From contig OZ257143.1 in the NCBI GenBank assembly GCA_965279305.1, forward strand, positions 300,001 to 332,000: a DNA stretch of 32,000 nt. Reading direction: 5' to 3'. Position 1 is the stretch's first letter. Each line of letters opens with the position of its first letter. The position numbers and the translations under genes are program-made. This DNA comes from Gammaproteobacteria bacterium (GTDB taxonomy: Bacteria > Pseudomonadota > Gammaproteobacteria > JBIOEC01). The notes below the pieces were generated by a model. The model saw nothing but the letters and a program-made list of their open reading frames with translations, was not told where the DNA came from and ran no database searches. Below, in pieces: positions 6,742 through 15,958 of this stretch.

Positions 6742-7527
6742 ATGACACGACCTATAGTTCTCTGTTTTTCCGGTAGCGACCCCAGTGGCGGAGCCGGAGT
6801 TCAAGCCGATTTAGCCGCCATTCATAACCTGGGCGGACATTGCGCCGGCGTTATCACTGCCCTCACCGTACAAAACACACAAAATGCATTGAGCTTTTGG
6901 GCAGCGCCTCCTGAACTTGTTTTACAACAAGCCGATGCTCTGGTTCAAGACATGCCTATTCATGCGATTAAAACGGGTATGTTGGGAAGCGTAGAAATTA
7001 TTAAAGCATTGGGCCAATGGTTAGAGAGACATCGCGATATTCCTTTTATTTTAGATCCCGTGATGGTGGCGAGTGGCGGCGGAGCATTAGCGCAAAAAAA
7101 TGCCGCAGACGCCATCATTAAATATTTGATTCCCTTGGCCACTATTGTTACGCCCAATACCATTGAAGCAAAACAATTAGCACCCCATGCAAATTCTTTA
7201 GACGAATGCGCTAATACGATATTATCTTATGGATGCAAATACGTATTACTCAAAGGCAGTCATGAAGATACACCCGAAGTACATAATAAACTTTACGATA
7301 AATCAGGTTTAGTACATACGTATACATGGCCTCGCCTACCACAAGAGTATCATGGTTCTGGTTGCACATTAGCATCCAGCATTTCTACTTTACTCGCACA
7401 AAAATTATCTATCCATGATGCAGTAGAACGTGCTCAAAGCTATACATGGGAATGTTTAGATCATGCTTATCAACCAGGTAAAGGTCAATTTATTCCTGAT
7501 CGATATTGGAAATGCCCTAATGAATAA
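6742..7527 (+). CDS. thiD: Hydroxymethylpyrimidine/phosphomethylpyrimidine kinase
   Basis: 261 aa. GSDPSGGAGVQADL...ALTVQNT...IKTGML...DPVMVASGG...GSGCTLAS matches the ThiD/PfkB-type kinase family. Confidence 0.9.
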   Translation: MTRPIVLCFSGSDPSGGAGVQADLAAIHNLGGHCAGVITALTVQNTQNALSFWAAPPELVLQQADALVQDMPIHAIKTGMLGSVEIIKALGQWLERHRDIPFILDPVMVASGGGALAQKNAADAIIKYLIPLATIVTPNTIEAKQLAPHANSLDECANTILSYGCKYVLLKGSHEDTPEVHNKLYDKSGLVHTYTWPRLPQEYHGSGCTLASSISTLLAQKLSIHDAVERAQSYTWECLDHAYQPGKGQFIPDRYWKCPNE

Positions 7528-8161
7528 AACAGTGAATAAAATAAATGTAGGCCTTTATGCCATTACAAATGACTTACAAGGATCGGCATTAGAAAATGCA
7601 GTAAAAAGCATATTGGAAGGCGGTGCTACTCTTATACAATATCGAAATAAAAATCAACATCCAGAAAATGGTTACCAAGAAGCAAGACTATTAAAAACAT
7701 TATGCGATCAGTATAATGTTCCCCTGATTATTAATGATGATATTCTATTAGCAAAAAAAATAAATGCAGGCCTGCATCTAGGTCAACGAGACGGTTCTGT
7801 ATTACATGCTCGTGAAGAATTAGGTAAACATGCTATTATTGGTGTGACTTGTCATAGTTCGGTAGAATGGGCAAAAAAAGCAGAGCAAGAAGGTGCTGAT
7901 TACGCTGCATTTGGTTGTTGTTTTCCATCACTGACTAAACCAGAAGCAAAACCATTACAATGGGATGCGCTAAGAGAAGCCAGAGAAAACTTATCTATTC
8001 CGTTGGTAGGTATTGGTGGCATTACATTAGATAATGCTAAACAAGTCATGAATGCAGGGGCACAGATATTAGCGGTTATCCATGATTTATATAATCATGG
8101 TGATATACAAGCGCAAGCACGCGCTTACACTACTCTTATAAAAGGATTTAATCATGAATAA
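7520..8161 (+). CDS. thiE: Thiamine-phosphate synthase
   Basis: The ORF is open from 7463, but the start is taken at ATG 7520 (MNKTVNKINVGLYAITND...), which overlaps the thiD stop. Motifs LIQYRNK, LIINDD, GLHLGQ.D, IGVTCH, GADY..FG and PLVGIGGI are typical of ThiE. Confidence 0.88.
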   Translation: MNKTVNKINVGLYAITNDLQGSALENAVKSILEGGATLIQYRNKNQHPENGYQEARLLKTLCDQYNVPLIINDDILLAKKINAGLHLGQRDGSVLHAREELGKHAIIGVTCHSSVEWAKKAEQEGADYAAFGCCFPSLTKPEAKPLQWDALREARENLSIPLVGIGGITLDNAKQVMNAGAQILAVIHDLYNHGDIQAQARAYTTLIKGFNHE

Positions 8162-9713
8162 CGATTTATTAAACGCTTTACAACAACCCAGCATTTACCC
8201 TCATCCTGTTAAAGATATAAAAAAACTAGAAACTCATATTTCATGGGTTTTTTTAACGGGCGACTATGCTTATAAAATAAAAAAACCAGTTAATTTTGGT
8301 TTTATTGATTATTCCACATTAGAAAAACGCAAACATTTCTGCGAGCAAGAAATAAAGCTTAATAAACCACTCACTTCTTCTGTTTATTTAGATATCGTCA
8401 CGCTGAACAAGGCAGACAATGGATATGAAATAAATGGTAAAGGTGAAGTGATCGACTATGCGATTAAAATGAAAGAATTTTCACAAGAAAATCTTCTGGA
8501 TCGTTTGTTAGAGCGCAATGAGTTAACGACTGATATCGTAGACAATATAGCCAAGCAAGTAGCAGAGTTTCATATGAAGGCTGAAAAAGCGCCTATCGAC
8601 TCTCCGTATGGAAAACCTGAAACCGTTAAAGCACCCGTCACTGAAAATTTTGCACAAGCGCGTGAATTATTAAATACCTATCATATCGCTAATGCTACTT
8701 ACTTATTGCCTCTAGAAAATTTAGAGCAAGAATCTGAAAGCATGTTTAAATTAATTTATCCAGTATTAGAAGAAAGAAAAAAAGATGGATATATCAGAAG
8801 TTGCCATGGTGATTTACATTTAGGCAATATTACGTTAATCGATGGCGAGCCAGTTATTTTTGATTGCATTGAATTTAATGAATTTTTCCGTTGGACCGAT
8901 ACCATGGCCGATGTAGGATTTTTATTAATGGACTTTTTCGATCGCGGCCAAGAAGAGTTTGGTATGCGTTTTCTCAATACCTATATGACATACACGGGCG
9001 ATTATGAAGGATTATTAATCCTGCCATATTATTTTGCTTATAGAGCTATGGTTCGTGCAAAAATTCAATTATTTAGCATTAACCCTCAAGATTCTGCTAC
9101 TAAGCGTGAACAATATTTTGTTCGCTTTTCTAATTATATGCATTTGGCTCAAAAATATTTTGAAAGAAGCCAACCCTTTTTATTATTAATGCATGGTTTT
9201 TCAGGTTCAGGGAAATCCACATTAGCGGTTCGCATTGCAGAACAAACTAAAACCATTATGATACGTTCTGATGTAGAGCGAAAGCGCATGTATCAAGTAT
9301 CTCCTTCTGAAAAACTAGATGACGCCGCTTATCAAGCGGATATTAATAAAAAAACCTATGAAAAATTGCTTTATCTTACAGAAGTGATTACCACAGCAGG
9401 TTATTCTGTGATTGTGGATGCCACATTTCTAAGAGCCGATCAGCGAAAATTATTTACTGATTATGCAGTAAAACATAAAATTCCTTTTTCCATTATTTTT
9501 TGTGAAGCGACACATCAAGTGCTAGAAGAGCGTTTAAATAAACGGAATAAAGAAGCCGATTTTTCAGATGCCGATATGCATGTGCTTAAAAAACAACGTG
9601 AAGCCTATCAGCCTTTAAGCAAAGAAGAGCAAAAGTGGACTATTTTGACCACTGCCAAAAAAGGTAATTTACTCGATGTGATGGGTGCTCTGGAAAATAA
9701 AGGGTTTCATTAA
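8154..9713 (+). CDS. Fusion protein: N-terminal aminoglycoside-phosphotransferase/choline-kinase-fold domain plus C-terminal P-loop kinase-like domain
   Basis: 519 aa. An APH-type catalytic loop (CHGDLHLGNI..., then FDCIEF) lies in the N-terminal half. A Walker A (MHGFSGSGKSTLA) lies in the C-terminal half. The ATG overlaps the thiE stop (ATGAATAA). Confidence 0.7.
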   Translation: MNNDLLNALQQPSIYPHPVKDIKKLETHISWVFLTGDYAYKIKKPVNFGFIDYSTLEKRKHFCEQEIKLNKPLTSSVYLDIVTLNKADNGYEINGKGEVIDYAIKMKEFSQENLLDRLLERNELTTDIVDNIAKQVAEFHMKAEKAPIDSPYGKPETVKAPVTENFAQARELLNTYHIANATYLLPLENLEQESESMFKLIYPVLEERKKDGYIRSCHGDLHLGNITLIDGEPVIFDCIEFNEFFRWTDTMADVGFLLMDFFDRGQEEFGMRFLNTYMTYTGDYEGLLILPYYFAYRAMVRAKIQLFSINPQDSATKREQYFVRFSNYMHLAQKYFERSQPFLLLMHGFSGSGKSTLAVRIAEQTKTIMIRSDVERKRMYQVSPSEKLDDAAYQADINKKTYEKLLYLTEVITTAGYSVIVDATFLRADQRKLFTDYAVKHKIPFSIIFCEATHQVLEERLNKRNKEADFSDADMHVLKKQREAYQPLSKEEQKWTILTTAKKGNLLDVMGALENKGFH

Positions 9714-9752
9714 TCTATAGCTTTAAACTATCAATTAACAGATAACAATAGT

Positions 9753-10541
9753 CTACTTATTGATAATAGGCTTAATATAATCACTCCAAGAAGGCTGCTT
9801 AGACCAGGTGAGGCGCATAGGGGTTAAAGTATTTACCCGCTTCACCGCTTCTATTACGTAGCCTCCTCCCATTTTTAGACCCGCTTTATATGAGGTATTG
9901 TTAGGTGCAGCACGCTCATTATTTCTATAGAGAGACAAACCATAACTATGATGCAAAACCTTATGACTGGTTGAAAAGCCAGTATCCTGTAACCATTGTA
10001 GTACTCGTTCTGGCGAGGCAGAGCGCATAGACCATGGAAAATGAGCTTGGTTCTTGCACTGATCGACAAATTTCCATACCCCAGCAGGTCGTATTCCGCA
10101 GATAATAATCCGCCCTTCAGGCATTAGAACCCTATATATCTCCGATAGGCATTCCAAAGGGTCGCTATAGAGCCCTAACCAATGATGCACCAGAACCAAA
10201 TCCACACTTTCCGATGCCAGCGGGATCAGGTTAAAGTCCCCTATTAGGGTTCTAGGGGTGATTTGGGTAGGATTGGGGGATAGTTCAATATGATGCCGTA
10301 TTCTAGAGCCTTGCGTTAAAAGGTTCACATGGGGCGAAAAACTGAGCTCCAGGAGGTAATAGCCGAAGCAATTGGCCCATAATGACTCTAAACACTCTTT
10401 TTCCTGTATATGCACCCAGTGGCTGATAGGTGTTTGATACCAGGCCTGAGCTTGCGTAGTAAAGATAGACATCATTCTCATAGTATAGCAGGCCTGTAAA
10501 TACAACCAATAACCCTGTTCATTTACCCAATAAAAGGGCAT
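9753..10541 (-). CDS. Class I SAM-dependent methyltransferase (YafS-like); start uncertain (alternative ATGs at 10481 and 10472)
   Basis: 262-aa ORF with a Methyltransf_11-like C-terminal half (VDLVLVHHWL....DPLECLSEIYRVLMPEGRIIICG). Its position next to mltD recalls the E. coli mltD-gloB-yafS neighbourhood. Confidence 0.6.
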   Translation of the reverse strand: MPFYWVNEQGYWLYLQACYTMRMMSIFTTQAQAWYQTPISHWVHIQEKECLESLWANCFGYYLLELSFSPHVNLLTQGSRIRHHIELSPNPTQITPRTLIGDFNLIPLASESVDLVLVHHWLGLYSDPLECLSEIYRVLMPEGRIIICGIRPAGVWKFVDQCKNQAHFPWSMRSASPERVLQWLQDTGFSTSHKVLHHSYGLSLYRNNERAAPNNTSYKAGLKMGGGYVIEAVKRVNTLTPMRLTWSKQPSWSDYIKPIINK

Positions 10542-10596
10542 TTTATGGTTAGATCTAGGTCATAACCAGTATGGGGAAACCCCTAAAGCCTTTATA

Positions 10597-11811
10597 ATGG
10601 CACCCATGAACAGTAAAAACGTATTGTTAGCCCTAGTAATGGGGATGGTCAGTGTAGGCAGTTTGCATACCCTGGAAGTAAAAGCGGTTTCTCCCGCGAT
10701 ATCTCAAAATGCTGACGTTTCGCTCATGAAGCAAATCATGGGTAGCAACGACTCTATTTGGGACCACTTACGAGCTGATTTCAGCTTGGACCATTGGTCA
10801 TCTAGACCTGCTGTGGCCGCTCAACGCGACCGTTATTTAAAGAATGCTGCGCATATCCAATCGATATTTAAGCGTAGTAGTACCTATTTATACTTAATTA
10901 ACGAAGAGTTAGAAAAGCGTAATTTACCCGCTGAGCTTGTCGTATTACCTATTATTGAGAGTGAATATAACCCCACTGCTCTTTCACCTATGAAAGCCTC
11001 TGGTTTATGGCAGATTATGCCTACCACGGCTAGACACTTAGGTATCGTCCAAAACCAGTCATATGACGGTCGTAACGACGTATATGCCTCAACTCAAGGT
11101 GCCTTAAACCATCTTACCTATTTAAATAAGCTTTATAAAGGTGACTGGTTATTAACGATTGCCGCGTATAACGCCGGTGAAGGTACTATTAACCGTGCTA
11201 TCGAACGTAACCGCGCTGCCGGTAAACCTACCGACTACTGGTCGTTAAATATCCCTTTTGCGGAAACCCGTAATTATGTATTACGATTCTTAGCGCTATC
11301 AGACATTATCGCTAAAGCTGAGCGTTATAACATCGACTTACCTCATGTACCTAACCGTCCTGCGTTAGTATTGGTTAAATTGGAAAATCAAACCAACTTA
11401 AGCCAAGCGGCGAAGGTGGCTGGCGTGAGCTTGCAAGAGTTATATGCTCATAACCCTGGTATTAAACGTAATGCGAGTACAACTCCTGCGAGTGGTCCTC
11501 ACCATTTATTATTACCTGTCGCTAAAACTAAACCGACTACTACTTTGTTGACCCAATTAACGACAGCTAAACCTGTAGCACAAAAAGTCGCTACGGAAGT
11601 AGTCAGCAAAGCTGATGCTGCCACTTTAATGGCTGCTGCTAGCGCTGGTGAAGGTCGTCGCGTTAACTATCGCGTACAACAAGGCGACAGCATGGTAAAA
11701 ATTGCCGGTCGTTTCAGTACCTCTGTTAAGCAGTTATATACTTGGAACAAACAAGTAGGTTCTGCTGCTAACCTTTACCCTGGTCAGTTATTAACTATTT
11801 ACGTGAAATAA
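10597..11811 (+). CDS. mltD: Lytic murein transglycosylase D-like (SLT domain plus LysM domains); start may be the ATG at 10606
   Basis: A signal-peptide-like N-terminus is followed by an SLT catalytic region (PIIESEYNP...SGLWQIMP.TAR..G...AAYNAGEG). There is a C-terminal LysM (YRVQQGDSMVKIAGRFSTSVKQLYTWNK...PGQLLTI) and an earlier degenerate LysM. Confidence 0.85.
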   Translation: MAPMNSKNVLLALVMGMVSVGSLHTLEVKAVSPAISQNADVSLMKQIMGSNDSIWDHLRADFSLDHWSSRPAVAAQRDRYLKNAAHIQSIFKRSSTYLYLINEELEKRNLPAELVVLPIIESEYNPTALSPMKASGLWQIMPTTARHLGIVQNQSYDGRNDVYASTQGALNHLTYLNKLYKGDWLLTIAAYNAGEGTINRAIERNRAAGKPTDYWSLNIPFAETRNYVLRFLALSDIIAKAERYNIDLPHVPNRPALVLVKLENQTNLSQAAKVAGVSLQELYAHNPGIKRNASTTPASGPHHLLLPVAKTKPTTTLLTQLTTAKPVAQKVATEVVSKADAATLMAAASAGEGRRVNYRVQQGDSMVKIAGRFSTSVKQLYTWNKQVGSAANLYPGQLLTIYVK

Positions 11812-11826
11812 ACCTTCACGCTAAAC

Positions 11827-11855
11827 AAAAAGGGGATTAAGTTCCCCTTTTTTTT
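11827..11855 (+). terminator. Rho-independent terminator after mltD
   Basis: aaaaaGGGGAttaagtTCCCCtttttttt. The stem is 11832..11836 with 11843..11847, extendable by A/T pairs, and is followed by an 8-T run. Confidence 0.7.
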
Positions 11856-11877
11856 GCTTTAATTTATCCGGTCAAAA

Positions 11878-11886
11878 TGTTAGAAT
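11878..11886 (+). promoter_or_regulatory. Candidate extended -10 promoter element (TGtTAGAAT) for the LRR gene
   Basis: TG at 11878..11879 and TAGAAT at 11881..11886, 38 nt upstream of the ATG at 11924. The -35 is weak (tttaat 11858..11863). Confidence 0.3.
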
Positions 11887-11923
11887 AGTGACTAATTTTC
11901 AAATACGCTTGATGTAAGTTCAT

Positions 11924-13423
11924 ATGCCAGCACCTGAGCCCGATACTCCAGAAACGATTTTTCTAGAAAAAGTCTACGCTTTACGAGATGCTTTAAACCA
12001 TCCCGATAGTAACGATCAAGAACTTATCCGTGCTTTTAGTTTGGTAATAGAAGATCCCCATTTTAATTCTGCTATGGTACGAGAATATATCTCTCTAGAT
12101 AAAATCTTGGGCATTTCATTACCCCTAAAAACAAAAATTTTAAATATTCCTGCTTACTCATCGACAATCGAATTTGCTATAGGGGGTATTTTTAAAATAT
12201 GGTTCTCTGATGATGATGATGCAGGGGTATGGATACGACCCGACGATAGTAGTATTGATAGTGCAATACGTGCAGGAATATTGCCTCCCCATATTGGTGT
12301 TCTATTAGGAAAAGCGGCGGCAAAAGCGCTTAGTAAAAATCCCTATTTGAAAATATTTGAAATGCGCCATATTCCTATCGGAGAAGAAGGTGGGATCGCT
12401 ATTGCCAATGCATTGAAAATAAATAACCGACTCACAGGTTTATATCTTATAAATACTTTTATAGGTGATATCGGGTTAGCTGCTATTGAATCTTCCATTA
12501 AAAACAATTCACCTTTAACTATGTTAAGACTTGACGCTAACCATTTTACTTCTAGTAGTGGAGTCACTATTGCCAGGCTTCTATCAAAATGCCCAAATCT
12601 AATTTGTCTAAATCTTAGAAAAAATAATTTACAAGATGAAGGAGTTAAAGATATAGTTGGTGAAGTAAAACACCACGCAAACATCCAGAATTTTTATATT
12701 TGTGATAATAATATTACTGATATGGGTGCTAAAGAAATAGCAGAAACGATCACTGAAAACCATTCTCTCACCTCTATTGCCCTTGGTGAAAATCAGATAA
12801 GCTCAAATGGTGGCATAATATTAGCTAATGCCATACGCCATAAAACTCTACTTCAATATGTTTTTCTTCATTTTAATCAAATTAACTTAAACTCTATTCA
12901 TGAAATACTTCGCATTCTTGAACCCAATATCTTTATATTAGCACTCCATCTGTACGGAATTTTTTTTAATGAACCCTACCCCTATAAAGAAATTTCAACA
13001 TTTACTGATAGAAATAAAAGGTTATTAAACTCTAAAATAAAAAAACTCAACGCTATATTTAATAAAAGAGAAACAGATGTTCCTAGAACCCTTATTATTT
13101 TACATTCTCTTTCCCATTTAAAAGTGGTAGAACCTTTTATTGAAAAACTGATTAATCTTTTATTAAAAAATCTGGCTATTAATCCCCATATGCCTAATGC
13201 TCAGTATTATAGGCATACCATACGTTTGTATCTATTAGTTACCATTAGTTTGTTGAACGATAATAATCTCAGACAGGCTTATTTAGGTATAGTGATCCCT
13301 AACAAAGGTTCATATCAAACTGATTTCAAGCTCGATGAACCAGTAACAGACTCGGTAAGGCAGATCTGTGATTCTTTAGGAATGGACGCACCTAGAGCAT
13401 TATCGCGTTTATCACCCGCTTAA
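11924..13423 (+). CDS. Leucine-rich repeat protein, ribonuclease-inhibitor (RI/RNI) type, with an uncharacterised helical C-terminal half
   Basis: 499 aa. It has about 7 repeats of 28-29 aa with the RI-type pattern L..L.L..N.I.d.G...ia.al..n..L (for example LNLRKNNLQDEGVKDIVGEVKHHANIQNFYICDNNITDMGAKEIAETITENHSLTSIALGENQISSNGGIILANAI). No signal peptide is seen. Confidence 0.8.
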   Translation: MPAPEPDTPETIFLEKVYALRDALNHPDSNDQELIRAFSLVIEDPHFNSAMVREYISLDKILGISLPLKTKILNIPAYSSTIEFAIGGIFKIWFSDDDDAGVWIRPDDSSIDSAIRAGILPPHIGVLLGKAAAKALSKNPYLKIFEMRHIPIGEEGGIAIANALKINNRLTGLYLINTFIGDIGLAAIESSIKNNSPLTMLRLDANHFTSSSGVTIARLLSKCPNLICLNLRKNNLQDEGVKDIVGEVKHHANIQNFYICDNNITDMGAKEIAETITENHSLTSIALGENQISSNGGIILANAIRHKTLLQYVFLHFNQINLNSIHEILRILEPNIFILALHLYGIFFNEPYPYKEISTFTDRNKRLLNSKIKKLNAIFNKRETDVPRTLIILHSLSHLKVVEPFIEKLINLLLKNLAINPHMPNAQYYRHTIRLYLLVTISLLNDNNLRQAYLGIVIPNKGSYQTDFKLDEPVTDSVRQICDSLGMDAPRALSRLSPA

Positions 13424-13437
13424 TAATCCCGCTCTGT

Positions 13438-13466
13438 TTGACATTCCCAGCCTAAAATCTTACTAT
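13438..13466 (+). promoter_or_regulatory. Candidate sigma70 promoter of gltA
   Basis: TTGACA (13438..13443), a 17-nt spacer, then TACTAT (13461..13466). The RBS AAGGAG at 13491..13496 precedes the ATG at 13503. Confidence 0.5.
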
Positions 13467-13502
13467 GCGATCCACGTGTATGTTTAGTACAAGGAGCTCG
13501 TT

Positions 13503-14801
13503 ATGGTAGATGAAACTGGTAAAGCTAAGATAGTAATTGAAGGAAAGACCTTAGAATTTCCGGTGTATGCAGGAACATTAGGGCCTGAAGTCATAGACAT
13601 ACGCAAGTTAGCTGACCAGGGTTATTTTTCTTTTGATCCCGGCTTTATGTCTACCGCTGCCTGCGATTCCAAAATTACTTATATTGATGGCGAAAAAGGT
13701 GTTTTACTTTATCGCGGATATCCTATTGAGCAGCTCGCAGATAAATCTGATTATATGGAAGTGTGCTTTTTATTATTATACGGTGAACTTCCTACTCAAC
13801 CACAAAAAGAACAATTTATAGAGCATATTACTAAACACTCCATGCTGCATATGCAGATCTGGCAATTTTTTAATGGCTTTCGTCGTGACGCGCATCCGAT
13901 GGCGGTTATGGTCGGCGTTGTAGGCGCACTTTCTGCGTTCTATCATGACTCACTCGATATTAATAATCCTTTGCATAGAGAAATTGCGGCATTTCGTTTA
14001 ATTGCTAAAATGCCTACGATTGCAGCCATGTGTTACAAATACTCGATTGGCCAACCGTTTATGCATCCGCAAAATCATTTAAGTTACGCTGAAAATTTTC
14101 TTTATATGATGTTTGCTACACCTTGTGAGGAATATCATGTAAACCCTGTAATTAGCCGTGCCATGGATATTATTTTTACCTTACATGCGGATCACGAACA
14201 AAATGCTTCTACTTCTACCGTGCGTTTAGCCGGCTCTTCAGGCGCTAATCCGTTTGCCTGCATAGCATCCGGTATTTCCGCCTTATGGGGACCTGCTCAT
14301 GGCGGTGCTAACGAAGCAGTGATTAATATGCTAGAAGAAATTGGTGATGCTAGCCGTATTAATGATTATATTAAGCGTGCTAAAGATCCTAACGATAAAT
14401 TCCGTTTAATGGGTTTTGGTCATCGCGTTTATAAAAATTATGATCCTCGCGCGAAAGTAATGAGAGAAATTTGCTATCAAGTACTAGAAGCGGTTGGACA
14501 TAAGAAAAATGCGCATTTATTTGATTTAGCATTAAAGCTAGAAAAACTCGCATTAGAAGATGAATATTTTATTGCTAAAAAATTATATCCTAATGTGGAT
14601 TTTTACACAGGTATTATTTTAAGCGCGATTGGTATTCCAAAAAGTATGTTTACCGTGATATTTGCATTAGCGCGTACATCAGGATGGATTTCGCATTGGA
14701 GTGAAATGATAAGCCAACCCGAACATCGCATCGGGCGCCCACGACAGTTATACACAGGCGCTACCCGACGCGATTGGATTACGATAGATAAACGTAAATA
14801 A
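13503..14801 (+). CDS. gltA: Citrate synthase (type II)
   Basis: 432 aa. The [14 protein letters not shown] signature, [11 protein letters not shown] and the overall length match gammaproteobacterial GltA. Confidence 0.95.
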   Translation: MVDETGKAKIVIEGKTLEFPVYAGTLGPEVIDIRKLADQGYFSFDPGFMSTAACDSKITYIDGEKGVLLYRGYPIEQLADKSDYMEVCFLLLYGELPTQPQKEQFIEHITKHSMLHMQIWQFFNGFRRDAHPMAVMVGVVGALSAFYHDSLDINNPLHREIAAFRLIAKMPTIAAMCYKYSIGQPFMHPQNHLSYAENFLYMMFATPCEEYHVNPVISRAMDIIFTLHADHEQNASTSTVRLAGSSGANPFACIASGISALWGPAHGGANEAVINMLEEIGDASRINDYIKRAKDPNDKFRLMGFGHRVYKNYDPRAKVMREICYQVLEAVGHKKNAHLFDLALKLEKLALEDEYFIAKKLYPNVDFYTGIILSAIGIPKSMFTVIFALARTSGWISHWSEMISQPEHRIGRPRQLYTGATRRDWITIDKRK

Positions 14802-14804
14802 TTA

Positions 14805-15917
14805 TCACAATATCTTTTCCAAGGGCATTAATGCATAACCCAACGCTGCAGCTACTGCAGGATGCGTTACATGTCCTTGGTAAATATTCAAACCTTCAGC
14901 CAAATAATTATTATCTTGTAATGCTTTTTTCCAACCTTTATTTGCTAAAGCTAAAACAAAAGGCAATGTCGCATTATTTAAAGCAAAAGCCGCTGTGCGC
15001 GCTACAGCACCTGGCATATTAGTTACGCAATAATGCACCACACCTTCTTCCACATACGTAGGATGCTCATGTGTAGTAGGACGGCTGGTTTCAGAACAAC
15101 CGCCTTGATCAATCGCCACATCCACAATAACAGAGCCAGGGTTCATGCTGCGCACCATTTCGCGCGTGACTAATTTAGGGGCAGAAGCGCCAGGTAATAA
15201 CACAGCGCCAATTAATAAATCCGCTGTTTTTACTTCTTGAGCAACGGTTAATTGTGTGGAATAACGCGTGGTTAATTGATTTCCAAATTGAAAATCTAAT
15301 TGTTGTATACGATGTAACGCACGATCAATCACGGTAACTTGTGCGCCTAAACCAATCGCCATACGAATAGCATTGGTTCCTACAATACCGCCTCCTAATA
15401 CCACTACTTTCGCTGCAGCAACACCGGGAACACCACCGAGTAATAATCCACGGCCACCTTGATTACGCTCTAAGCAATGCGCACCTGCTTGAATAGACAT
15501 ACGTCCTGCTACTTCACTCATCGGTGCTAGCAAAGGTAATCCACCAAACGAATCGGTTACCGTTTCATAAGCAATAGCTACGCAACCTGATTCTACTAAT
15601 AATTTGGTTTGTTCAGGATCCGGCGCTAAATGTAAAAAGGTAAATAAAATTTGGCCGGGACGCAGCATTTTACATTCTTGTGGTTGAGGTTCTTTTACTT
15701 TAACAATCATATCCGCCGTATCAAATACTTCTTTGGCTGTATTTAAAATAGTAGCGCCTACTTGTTTGTAATTAGAATCATCAACACCAATACCATTTCC
15801 AGCACCGGTTTCTACAAATACTTGATGGCCTTGTAATACTAATTCATTCACGCTGCTAGGCACTAAACCTACGCGATACTCATGAACTTTTACTTCTTTT
15901 GGTACACCTATTTTCAT
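14805..15917 (-). CDS. ald: Alanine dehydrogenase
   Basis: MKIGVPKEVKVHEYRVGLVPSSV..., and the NAD fold VVVLGGGIVGTNA. The ATG at 15917 sits 6 nt after AGGAG; the GTG at 15920 used in the ORF track is too close to the RBS. Confidence 0.92.
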   Translation of the reverse strand: MKIGVPKEVKVHEYRVGLVPSSVNELVLQGHQVFVETGAGNGIGVDDSNYKQVGATILNTAKEVFDTADMIVKVKEPQPQECKMLRPGQILFTFLHLAPDPEQTKLLVESGCVAIAYETVTDSFGGLPLLAPMSEVAGRMSIQAGAHCLERNQGGRGLLLGGVPGVAAAKVVVLGGGIVGTNAIRMAIGLGAQVTVIDRALHRIQQLDFQFGNQLTTRYSTQLTVAQEVKTADLLIGAVLLPGASAPKLVTREMVRSMNPGSVIVDVAIDQGGCSETSRPTTHEHPTYVEEGVVHYCVTNMPGAVARTAAFALNNATLPFVLALANKGWKKALQDNNYLAEGLNIYQGHVTHPAVAAALGYALMPLEKIL

Positions 15918-15958
15918 CACAATCTCCTTATTGTTTTGATAATGATATTTTAGAGAGG

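Noticed and set aside
7463-7519. Long upstream extensions of ORFs in the track: thiE from 7463, dapB from 31165, gyrA to 27599, rpsA to 18961, ald GTG at 15920
   Set aside because: Alignment with the N-termini of well-known orthologues and RBS positions favour the internal starts. The extensions overlap the preceding genes.
14799-14807. gltA and ald converge with only 3 nt between stop codons (likewise erpA and P1 with 10 nt at 1391..1400)
   Set aside because: No hairpin or other signal is visible. This is tight convergent packing and is only noteworthy as an absence of intrinsic terminators.
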